From Octopus sinensis (Eukaryota): a stretch of DNA of 64,000 bases. Location: positions 5,394,001-5,458,000 of the forward strand of contig NC_043009.1 in the NCBI RefSeq assembly GCF_006345805.1, written 5' to 3'. The translations under genes and the position numbers were made by a program. A model generated the notes under the pieces. That model searched no databases and had not been told where the DNA came from. It saw only the letters and a program-made list of their open reading frames with translations. The number at the start of each line of letters is the position of its first letter. Within the stretch, counting starts at the first letter, position 1. Positions 26,071-38,545 of this stretch are shown piece by piece.

Positions 26071-26598
26071 TATACATATACGTATTTCCACACACATTTG
26101 TGACAGTGTGTTCCTATCTGTGTGTGTACGTGAGTGTGTGGTTGTCTACAATATATATACTTGTTTACCAACATGGCTTGTACAACAGACGTCTATCGAG
26201 ATTTAGTGCCACAGTAAAAGAAAAGAATGTTTCGTATTAAACCAATATGAAAATATATGCTCAATCTAGGCGTATCATGAAGAACGCAAACTTAGATTTT
26301 GACGTCGTAATTCATTTCACAGGACACCATATACGTCAGCCCTGATTTTTCCAATAAGAACCTATTTCATGTTTCTATATCTTAATGATTTTCTTGAAGC
26401 AAATTTCTTATTGTAGACTAGAAATAATAACTAAGGTTTCTACAACGATTTTATTTGTCTGCTGGTCCTATTTTATGACGTTCTACTGGAAATAGCTAAG
26501 TATCTTCTCGAATCTAGGTTTACGTGTCTTCAAGTCAAGAAGGAGTTGCATTGAAATGGATTTAGTGATGTGAGATAAATACAATAGCTCTACTACTT

Positions 26599-26834
26599 CC
26601 GGCGAGCTGGCAGAAACCTTAGCACGCCGGGCGAAATGCGTAGCCGTATTTCGTCTGCCGTTACGTTCCGAGTTCCAAATCCGCCGAGGTCGACTTTGCC
26701 TTTCTTCCTTTCGGGGTCGATAAATTAAGTACCAGATACGTACTGGGGTCGATGTAATCGACTTAATCCGTTTGTCTGTCCTTGTTTGCCCTCTCTGTGT
26801 TTAGCCCCTTGTGGGTAGTAAAGAAATAGGTATT
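26599..26834 (+). mobile_element. SINE family A, full monomer
   Basis: ggcgagctggcagaaaccttagcacgccgggcgaaatgcg through gtgggtagtaaagaaataggtatt. Confidence 0.93.
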
Positions 26835-27394
26835 ATCTATCATTGCTCATATTCATATGTCACAATATCGAGAGGAACGCACACGGTGACGATATGTACA
26901 GTGCCATGGTGGTAATTGGAGACAGACATTATGGACTAAGATGAAAGTATATTTCATTTCAATATGCTTAGATATTCATTAGAACTATTTATCGGTTAAG
27001 ACACATAAAAACAGGTGCCGAAGGCGGATTTTCAGTGCGTGAAGCAACCGATATTACAATAGTCTGTTAGTTTTAAATTAATTCAGTTTGTTATAAAATA
27101 TGACCCCATATCCATGATGCTGACGAAGAAGAAACAAATTTCTCACTCCTGAAGCACTTGAATGGTCACGATGTGTGAACCAGTTGCTTTATCAAAAGTC
27201 AAGTTCCCATGTAGAACGCGAGAAAATAATGGATAATGACCACAGATTATTCGTTCAAAAAAAAAAAAACTACTATTGATAACTATTGTACAAATTTCCA
27301 ATTGGAATTAAATTAATGACCTCTACATGTGCAGATATTCAAAGACCATAAATGTATCTGTTTATATTACGCGATAATGACAAACCAACAAGGA

Positions 27395-27994
27395 GCAATT
27401 TGACTACATACAAAGAAATAAGAACCCACAATATGGTAGAATCCGTAGCCACTCATACTAAAAAGGAATACCTATAGAATGTACCAGTGATGTCCTCAAT
27501 AAAATGTACGCATAACAGACCTGATATGATGATTTGGGAAAGAGAAGAGAAACTGTGCATAGTCGTGGAAATTAGCTGCCCAGCGGATGTTAGCATAAAG
27601 CTGAAGATCAGTGAAAAAGAGAACACCCATCCTAAATTATTGAGAAATCTGCAGTTATTATATCCAGATTACAAGTTTAAGTGTATACCTCTAATTATTG
27701 GGGCCCTACGATATGTAACACATTGCCTAAATACCAATTTCGAGAAATCAGGCTTCTCAAGACTAGAAAGAAAAAAGCTAATTCAAAGACTACAGATCCA
27801 ATCTATCACTGGAACTGTAAAAATCTGTAAAATTTCCAAAAGTTTATCATTTAAATATATATGAGAATATCAAGATATGCAACTATATGCATGAGAATAC
27901 ATACATAAAACATATAAGACTGCACATACATACATACATACATACATACATACATACATACATACATACATACATACATACATACATACATACA

Positions 27995-28028
<34 letters not shown>

Positions 28029-28150
28029 CAAAAACAGCCTGTTGTTGATGGTGAATTTCCAATGAAGGAGTTTTGGATCTATGTTAGAAACCGATTCTTT
28101 CTTTATTGTCAAGAAATCTTGAAATAAATTGAATAATAACATACATAATA
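27395..28150 (+). pseudogene. R4/Dong-like non-LTR retrotransposon 3' fragment (restriction-like endonuclease domain + 3' UTR)
   Basis: ORF 27487..27864 contains HNRPDMMIW...CIVVEISCPAD...EK...PLIIGAL, the PD-(D/E)xK RLE motif of R4-clade elements. It is followed by a 3' UTR with (TACA)n and an aataataa/catacat end. Confidence 0.85.
27924..28024. repeat. (TACA)n microsatellite within the LINE 3' region
   Basis: Direct inspection. Confidence 0.97.
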
Positions 28151-28464
28151 CATACATATATGGCTATTAATTTCCCTTTATTTCGGATGAGCATATGAAA
28201 ACCTGTTTGAGAATTATATTTATGGACTTCGGGTTTCAGCAATAGAACGCTTTAAGATTTCAAGATTAGGAAGCAGTAATGTAATATATAAACCTATTCT
28301 TCATTTAATGACTGATTTTATTCTTAACTTGGTAGAACATTCTATTATGTACAATGTATTAATTGGGATGTTTTAATCTGTTAATGAGTGTAGTACCGAT
28401 TATAATTTACAGAGCCTACCAGGTTTGTGGGAGAAAAAAGGTACTTGTGACCCAATGGTCAATG

Positions 28465-28510
<46 letters not shown>

Positions 28511-28977
28511 GTGTGTCGAGTTATAGAATCCAAGCATTCAAAATGTCAACGAAATATCTAACTACTTCTACGTTGTCATTCCACCGAACTAAATTCAAAA
28601 CCCCTATTTACGTAGCATGGCTATCAATATATTTTCCGTTTAATTACCATTAATTGAAATTCAACCATCATAATGATGGAAGTTTAGATGCTGATCTCCT
28701 CCATCCCCCGTAAATATGTGACTGGCTTAGATAAGTTGGCTTCAATGATATTTGGTGAATGCATTATGATTTAGCTTGTGGTCAGTTTTAACCAGGTTCA
28801 TTGGTGTCGAGGTTACTCTGATTCGCATGACCAAGATCCTCCTCCAATCATTATTTTCCCTGATATATAACAATCCCTTTCTAAGAAATGCACAATTGAT
28901 TCTTTAACAAATTACACTTAATGAACTCGAGCGGAAACTAAGCAAATTAATCACCCGTTAACTGCGTTACACCTTAC

Positions 28978-28983
28978 CTGGAG
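28978..28983 (-). other. Candidate 6-nt microexon or recursive splice site
   Basis: Minus strand reads tatcttttgttcag|CTCCAG|gtaagg. Confidence 0.2.
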
Positions 28984-31207
28984 CTGAACAAAAGATAATT
29001 GATTGGTTTAGATGTTTGCAGGAAAGATTGTTGTTATAGGACTGTTTGCCTTCTGATAATCAAAAAACGAAACCAAATCATGCGTTTCCTGTAATAACGC
29101 AAACATATTTATAAAAAGTCTATCAACCGAATATGAATTAAGTGACTAAAAATTGCAGTTGAACATCAAAATCGTGACACTTTTAAATTTGGAATTTTAT
29201 GGAAATTACCGCGAGGAAAATGTAAATATTAAGCAATTTAATATTCTTGTTCATATGCAGATGTATAATTGAGGGTATATAGATTATATGAAACCAGAGT
29301 ATCAACCTTTGAAAGTATTTGAACCTGGAATATCATGCTCTAAATAGCAAGCTAGTAATAATATTCTGTGCACTAGTGTTTCACCATTGTAGCTGACGTA
29401 AGAATAGACGGGATGTGACTTACAGTTATCTTGTTATACTAAATAAATGAATAGAAATAAAGAAAAAAGAAATATATCAAGAGAAAAATATACACGGAAA
29501 AATAAAGCAAGATTTATTCGATAATATTGACAAATTTCAAAATAATGCTATAGTTTGGCAGTATAAAGACTTTGAAGGGAGAAATCAATAATCACAAAAG
29601 ACATCTGCCGTGCCGCCTCTTGCTGTTGGGCGATTATTCGTTGTAGCCTGCGCTTACTTTCTTAAACAACATCCATACAAGTGACATGACGATATTTAAG
29701 CAAGATGGATGCCAGCTGCTATCAACCTAACACTGTCTTTCACAGTATTCGCTTGAAAAATATATTTTGCTTTGACTTTTTTCAATCTCTTTCTTCCTAT
29801 TTCGATACCTAACAAGGGAGCTACTGATTAATCGTGAATTATGAGGGCTTAGTAAAGAAACGGTTAAAAATCACTTCGCAACGCCATATTGCTTTTTCGA
29901 CTTGATGAATGGAGTACTGCCTTAAGTTAATCTTTGAAAAGTTTTTGTGTTTGTTTTTACTGCTTATTATTTTTATTTCTTTATCTTTTCTACTGGTTTC
30001 TTGATTTCTTTTTCTTCTTGTTTATGTTACTTTATTTGTCAAGAATAGATTACTTCGTTCTCAAGCTCAACAAGAATGGATCAGTATATTGGAAGAGAAA
30101 TCTGTTTAGAAAGAAAAAACGAGATTCGCGTAAGCAAAATGGAATAACTAATGAACTTGGCAAAATATCTCTAGCAAGCCCATTTACAACAACTTTAACT
30201 CATTAATCGTCAAAAAAATTATGTATGCATGCGTGTGGTTATTTCTCCGTGTGTGTTTGATGGGGAATGCGATTGAATTTAAGCGTCTCCTTTGCTGTGT
30301 TTATGTATGTGAACGTGTGTGCATATGTGTGTATTGGTAAAATAATATTTTAAGCTTATGCTCTCCCTCCAGTCATTTGGCTATATTCTCTTTAGTGTAC
30401 ACAACAGTCAAATGTTTTATGTCATAGCTTATGAATTCAAATTCTTATATACGCCGAACAAAAGCTAATATAAATTGCGAAAATATTAAAAACTAATAAA
30501 AAATTGGAAAGCAAAAGTAATATCCAACAGCTACGTCATAAAACTATTAAAATATTCCAAGAAGTGAAAATAATATTTCAAAACGTATATCACGTAATAT
30601 CTTGTGGTTAAATTAAAACAACAACAACTACAACAACAATACTACATCAACATAATAGGGAATGTTTATTTACCATTAATTTCACTTATAAAGAAAAAAC
30701 TAACGAAATTATCAATTATAGTTTTGTTATATAATCTTTTAAATTATTTTTATAACGTCTCATATTTCCCGGAAGTCAATTGTAGAATTTCAGTTAATTA
30801 TTTAAAAAATGATTCAACTGCGCAAGTAACACAACAATAATAGCAGTAACAGAAATAATCACCACAACAGCACAACCACCAGCACGATCACCAACGCCGG
30901 TACCAGCACCAACTTCGCCACAACTATCATCTACAACGTAAAACGAAAATGAAAAGAATATAATGGTTGGAGCAGAAGAAATTAAGTATTTTGGTGTGGG
31001 TAATTTTTATAATATTTAATATATATTATTATAGTGAAGTTGAAGAAATATATATTTTCTCTTCTCCATCAAGTCAGATATTCAGAAGTGGTTCTTCTAG
31101 AATAGAAATATAACTATATAACTATGGGAAAGATAAGGTGAGAGAATGATAGAAAACGTGGTGACTGCGTGTGTGCGAGATTATATGTATATATATTATA
31201 TATATAT

Positions 31208-31262
<55 letters not shown>

Positions 31263-31266
<4 letters not shown>

Positions 31267-31346
31267 TGTCCCCTCTATGTTTAGCCCCTTGTGGGTAATA
31301 GAAAAAACAGATATTTAATAAGGCACAAAACCAGTAATTTTCAGTA

Positions 31347-31390
<44 letters not shown>

Positions 31391-31475
31391 TACTGAAAAT
31401 TACTGGTTTTGTGCCTTATTAAATATCTGTTTTTTTCTATTACCCACAAGGGGCTAAACATAGAGGGGACAAACA
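31263..31475. repeat. Near-perfect spacerless palindrome centred on (AT)n
   Basis: 31263-31368 is the reverse complement of 31369-31475 except one homopolymer base (A6 vs T7). Confidence 0.95.
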
Positions 31476-31660
31476 AGGATAGACAAACCGATTAAGTCGA
31501 TTACATCGACCCCAGTGCGTAACTGGTACTTAATTTATCGTCCCCGAAAGGATGAAAGGCAAAGTCGACCTCGGCGAAATTTGAACTCAGATCGTAACGG
31601 CAGACGACATACGGCTACGCATTTCGCCCGGCGTGCTAACGATTGTACCAGCTTGCCGCC
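31428..31660 (-). mobile_element. SINE family A, full monomer with 19 bp TSD
   Basis: TSD ttgtgccttattaaatatc at 31409-31427 and 31661-31679, with a full head and tail between. Confidence 0.93.
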
Positions 31661-32284
31661 TTGTGCCTTATTAAATATCATGTTCGATAAAAGCGATGGA
31701 ATGCCAGAATCTTGTGAAAGTTGAATAAAGTCATTGTTATATTTCTTTCAGTTCTTTAACACCCGAGTTCAAATCCCAGCGAGATGAATTTTCGTGGCCG
31801 TTCAACTTTTCGAGTTCGATAGCTCAATATATAAGTTAAGTACCGAGGGTTAAGTACCGAGGGTTACCGACTAATCCCTCCCATGAAAATTGCCGGCTTC
31901 GAAATTAGACATTAAATAAAAACAACAGCAACAACGAAATTACTATTTCGAACAAATGTATACGCACTAAGCATATTACTCAAAAAACATTAATCCATTA
32001 CATTACCTGCAATTAGTTTACGTGGTTCAGACTCAAAAATAACATTTCTAATTATACCTCTTTCTCTTATAACGAATGTAAAACAGAAACTCTATAAACT
32101 ACAGTTTTGTTGCTGTCACGCTATGTTATGCCGGGTCTAATTTTGTTGATGTTATCATAATTGTGATCATTCATTAAACTAAATAATGTTATTGGAGACT
32201 TAATTAGTCGTCTTTTCTTTTACATAATAGATATAAATATGTTAAATGTTCGGTGTTTAAATTTTTGACACACCTTTATAGACT

Positions 32285-32505
32285 GACTGTGAGCCAAAAC
32301 TCACGCCCCAAATCATTTGCCATTTTATTTGCATTACACTATCATTATTATTATTATTATTATTCATTTTGATCATCATGTACAACTACGTGTATATTCA
32401 ACAGTGTTTTATTTAGTTTGTTCAATTATAGAAACATTGCAGCATGCCTTTGACAATTTCGGAGCATGTTGAAAATATTTTTTGCGTGAGTTTTGGCCCA
32501 CCCTG
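32285..32505. mobile_element. Tc1/mariner-type MITE
   Basis: gactgtgagccaaaactcacgc ... gcgtgagttttggcccaccctg|ta; the right TIR is intact and the left is decayed. Confidence 0.7.
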
Positions 32506-33831
32506 TATATAACTACATTATCCAGTAAACTCTTCGTTTTGAAACACAACACAAAGTGCATAGAATGATATTGGGCTTCGGGTCCTTGTTCGTCGATTGA
32601 CTGCGTAGAACCACATTTGCAGTAATGTTTAGGAATTACATTTAGCCAATTTACAGCAGAACAATTTCAGCCAAGACAATACGATATTCCCTTAAGTTTT
32701 AATACAAAGTTTGTATTTATCTGAAGAATTACTCTATACCAAAGGCAGTGAAATTTCAATTTCAGAAATTCTGACTGTTCTTTCTAGCAGATATATGAAC
32801 CAATTACGAACCCATCATATCAGATGGTATTCACGCTTGTATTTCATGCGAATGTATTTTATTTCCAATTAACACTTGTGATTTACTTACAAGTTAATGT
32901 AATTTACATTTCGATATTGACACTTGCAAATTCAAAATGTTTATTTTCTTTCTACGATATATAGAGTCGACGAAATCATTTGAACGCGTTTTAACAAACT
33001 AATACGATTATCAATTGAATATCAGTTAAGTCAGTTCATATCTACCAAACTTATGTACCCATATGCATACGCAAGAACTCACTGACATGAGAAAGCACAC
33101 TGCTCATAAACACGCACGCATGCACTAACGACATTCCTTAAAACCTGTCTAAATCCGTGAGTGGTTCTACATATATGCATAAAGGTTATATCGCTGTCTC
33201 TCTCAATATGTATGTGTGACTTTATTCGCGTCCATATATACATACATATTTATATAAATATATACTTACATGTATAGTTATATGTGTATGTTTATCCACA
33301 TATAAATATATACAAACGTGTATATTTATATATGTGTTTATCCATGTATATATTCATATATAAATACGTACGTATATATCTATACAATTATATATATATA
33401 TATATATATATTTATTTATTTATTTATGTATGTATATATATCAATATATATATGTATTTATATATGTATATATATACATACACATACGGTATATATATAT
33501 ATCAATATATATATATATCAATATATATATATATATATACATATGTAACATACGGTATACATATAAATATATATGTATGTCTACATATGTATACATGCAT
33601 ATATGTATACATATGTCTATATATATATATATATACTTAATTATACATATATGTAAGTATGAGTATATTCACACTCATATATAAGATTACATATAATATT
33701 ATTAAACTAACACGAACGACAAATTACACACCAACTCTTCACTTTTTATTGTTTCTTTTTCAATTTTTTAAAGAAATATCAAAATTATAGCAGATATCAA
33801 AATATGAGCATATTCATATAGATACATGCAC

Positions 33832-33885
<54 letters not shown>

Positions 33886-34195
33886 TATATATATATCCGC
33901 AAAGAAGCAGAGTAAAATGACGTATACTAAAACAGCTGTACATCCTATGCTTTCAAACAAACAGTGCCACTGAAATTCGTTTGGAAATGAAATAAATTTG
34001 CGTAAAGAAAGTTTAATATGGAATATATATCGGAAAAATATTTTTCCATTTAATTTTCAATTTTAATGTCGTTTTGATGTTCTTTCCATCTTATTTGTAC
34101 GTGTATGTGAGTTTGTGTACATAGATACTATGCATCACACGCGCAGACTCACACAAACAAACGTGTATGTATATACATACATGCATACATCATAC

Positions 34196-34228
<33 letters not shown>

Positions 34229-34475
34229 CAATATAGAAACACTCACAAACGCAGTCAAAACCTGCATAAATACATATACATTTATATGAATGTTTATATG
34301 TATGTAGGTATACACACACATATGTGGACACATACATACATATTCATGGATGTTCATAAACTGTTATACATATATATATATATACTTATACATACATATA
34401 TGTATATAATAAACATATATATATATATAATATATATATATATATATACTATATATATCATATTTATTTATATGC

Positions 34476-34506
<31 letters not shown>

Positions 34507-34576
34507 TATACATATATATACATATACATATACATATATATATATGTGTGTATATATATATGTGCATATATATATA

Positions 34577-34625
<49 letters not shown>

Positions 34626-35378
34626 TCATACATATATTCGTAGTTACATACTTGCACACTTGTTCCGATATTCCTATGCATACAGCGAAGGCAAGTGGGC
34701 ATGTTTACGTGATTACGTATATCATTCGATGTAAGATTTCGTTTCATATGTTTATCGCTGTACGTTTGCATGTAGATATATGCGAAAGATCTTGTAAATA
34801 CTTGCAGCATTTCAAAATCCAATGAAAATCTTATTGATATTAAAGCAACGAAAAAAGGAAATATTAATCTTGTTTTATATTGAAATAAATTGATACATTA
34901 CATTTTTCGCTCTCTTTGAGATCTTTTCCCTTATTAATTTTTCGTTTGATATAAATTAAATTATTTAAAAACTGTAAAGACATATCTATGTCAATGCATT
35001 TAGGAAAATATAATTATTTCCTCTGCGAAGTATACATCTATATTTGAATAAAATCGTTTATGTACATGCTTGTAGAGAAACGAACATAATGCATTTTCAA
35101 TACTTTAAAGCATATAAATTTATATATTTCAACATTGACTTGAAAATGAGATCAGTTCATAAGAATGTGTTGGTGATAAGGGGATATCTTGTGTACATGC
35201 GCCTTGTATAGATGTTAGCAAAATACTATATGCTGATATCAGTATGCTTAAATGTTCATAAATAAACACACAATGATGCATATAATGGCAGAAACACGGG
35301 GATGTCGACTCGATATATTTTCTCACAACTACTCAGAATCACACACAGGCAGATATATTGTAGTCATATACATACAAA

Positions 35379-35460
<82 letters not shown>

Positions 35461-35964
35461 GTATGTATATATATAAATCAACAGTAAGGGAGAGCAATAT
35501 ACGCAAATGATGACAGTGATGCACAGAAACTATTAATATATCATGATATAGCATTTCACTTCACCAGGCTCATTTCCTTCTTCAATATAAATTTTTAATA
35601 CTCTGAAAATAAATATATACCAATGAGTACAACATACATACGCAATAACACTCACGTATTGATATTAATACAATTATATATTGATTCAAGCATTTGTAGA
35701 TATACATAGATATGCATGTTCGTGTCAATAAAATGCGTGTAAATAAAGTATTATTTTATTTTTACAATATTTATGAAATATATATTAGGATACACTTATT
35801 GAAATATCTAAATATATATGCATATGCATATACAAACATCTATCCAGTCATATATGCATCCCTGCTGATATGCTTATATACATGCATACAAATGTACATA
35901 TATACAGAAATATGTGTACGAGTTCATACATGCGAACATATGAAGCTCACTTTCTCCTTCTTTC

Positions 35965-36014
35965 TCTGTGTATATATATATATATATATTATATATATAT
36001 ATATAGATATATAG

Positions 36015-36080
<66 letters not shown>

Positions 36081-36267
36081 CATATATATAATATATATAT
36101 ATGTATGTATACAGATATATATATAAATATATATACATATATAATATATATAAAATATATACACATATATACATACATATATATATATAATATATATATA
36201 TGTATGAATATATATATATATAATAATATATATATATACACATATATACATACATATATATATATAT

Positions 36268-36301
<34 letters not shown>

Positions 36302-36332
36302 AATATATATATGCATATATATATATATTATA

Positions 36333-36391
<59 letters not shown>

Positions 36392-36560
36392 GATAGATAG
36401 ATAGATACATATATATAGATATATATAGATATTGATACATATATATATATATATATAAATATAGATACATATATATATAGATCCATATAAAAAGATATAT
36501 ATAGATACATATATATATATATATATATTATATATATTATATATATTATATATAAATGCG
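35965..36560. repeat. Long (TA)n-dominated compound microsatellite
   Basis: About 600 bp of interrupted TA/TACA/GATA repeats; source of many YI-repeat ORFs. Confidence 0.95.
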
Positions 36561-37164
36561 TATATACACAGAGAAATACTCCTATATTCACATATTTATA
36601 CGAGTGAATATATCCTGTAAATATCTAATCAACAAAAGCGTGCATGCGTTTCACAGCAATGCAATTATAGAGCTTTGCAAATGATATTTAAATATGTTAT
36701 CATTATGAGATTTGTGTAATCACTTGGAAAGTATATTATGTAATAACAGTACTAATTGCTTTATATCGATTTGCTAGTTTCTTGTATATAGTCACACAGA
36801 CGCACATACACACACTTATGTGCGAGCACGCACGCATTCAATTTAAAGAAACATACACAATGAAAATTTAATATAAACTTGATTATTCGATCCTTTTCCT
36901 TTTTCTTTTCAATTTGTAGAAAAGTCAAGTTCGAAGGAGAAAGGATCTGCGCCTTCGGTTCAGTCGCTATGTTACTTACATTGTTATATTTATATATATA
37001 TATATATATATATATGTGGGGGGGGGTGAGCGTGTGTGATCCCATATATATGTATGTATGTACATACATGTACATATATCTATATATATATATATATACA
37101 CATATATATGTATCGGTATAAGTTGTATACGTATATATTTCTGTATATTTATCTATCTTACTCT

Positions 37165-37209
<45 letters not shown>

Positions 37210-37611
37210 TCGTCTATTTATCAGTTTGTCTGTGTCATTGTCCGTCTGTCTGTCTGTCCCTCTGCAGGCGGTATTGATTCAACAGATTGATTCACTGAAT
37301 GTTCTTTTGCTCATAATTGTTTCTGTTGTGTAGCATATACATACGTATATACATATATACATACATACACACACATACACACACACACACTCACACATAT
37401 ATATATATTTGTGTGTGCGTGTGTGTGCGTGGGTGTGTATGCCCGGCATTTAAATGTCCATTCAATTTTTTTCATATCACCTTTATATCAGTCGTTGGCA
37501 AACTGCGGACTGATGGTTGTTTTACACCCGTTTGTACACCTTGATGGCAAGCTGATTTTCGGAAGTAAAGTATTGCCTATTAAAACGTTGAGTATTTCGT
37601 TTCATTCTTAG

Positions 37612-37667
37612 TTATTTATCAAACCCTCTTCCCACCAAAGTGGATTGAGGAAGTCTATGTCGAAGAG
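37612..37667 (+). other. Candidate 56-nt exon
   Basis: tttcgtttcattcttag|TTATTTATC...GTCGAAGAG|gtaact. Open frames are IYQTLFPPKWIEEVYVEE or LFIKPSSHQSGLRKSMSK. It may lie inside the hAT remnant. Confidence 0.2.
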
Positions 37668-38389
37668 GAGTAACTATTAATTGACCATCTAACCTCTCTT
37701 TGTTGTGTGTACACCTGTGGGAAAAAAGAAAAAAGCAAAGATATTCCCAGTTGTCAATCATCCGTGTAGTTATCAACACGCTTCAGCTTCAATTTACAAC
37801 ACGACGCATATCCCAAAATACTTAAAATGTTATCTCTACTCGGGACACCACATTACCGAACAGGGATTATTGATTTAATGCTAAACGTCTGTAGCTACGA
37901 CTTATAAAAATGTGTTGCATTAATGTAAGGATTGTAACCATATATCATGTAGAGTAGCTTTGCTTATCTTCACTTTGAAAGTAAAGTTTTCTCAATCCTG
38001 CGTGAATATGCCTCACGATGCACACGTGTAGATGCATTCGCAGTATTATCGGAATAACTCATTAGAGACGATGGAAATAGAAAGGGAATCAATAAGTATT
38101 CATTTTCAATTTTAATTTTTAATATCAGATCACGTGTCTTCGTCAAAAACAACGAAGATTTCTAACAGAATGTGAATTTTCCAGGAAAATTCTTTTTACT
38201 CCTTTACTTTTTTCAATTATTTGACTGCGGCCATGCTGGAGCACCGCCTTTAGTCGAGCAAATCGACCCCAGGACAGAAAGACTTTTTTTTGTCCCCGAG
38301 AGGCAAGATAATAACTGTTTGTTTTTTTGCATTGCATTTCTCGTAGTTATTGCTACCTATTTAAATTATCTTAATTTAATATTGCTAAT

Positions 38390-38545
38390 TCAAACCTCCT
38401 GAGTTTAAATTCCGCCGAGGTCAACATTAACTTTTATCCTTTCGGGGTCGATAAACTAAGTACCAGTTGCGTACTGGGGTCACTCTAATCGACTGACACC
38501 CTCCTGAAACAGCTTCGGACTTTGTGCCTAGAGTAGAAAAGAATA
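38390..38545 (+). mobile_element. SINE family A fragment (alternative tail)
   Basis: cctgagtttaaattccgccgaggtcaac...gggtcgataaactaagtaccag...tttgtgcctagagtagaaaagaat. Confidence 0.82.

Noticed and set aside
28058-28100. ccaatgaagg...gaaaccgattc in the R4-like 3' UTR as a possible hammerhead
   Set aside because: It has two core mismatches and no convincing stem I or II in this copy; a family consensus would be needed.
30040-30206. Protein-like stretch NRLLRSQAQQEWISILEEK
   Set aside because: It is interrupted by several stops, has no usable donor, and I recognise no family.
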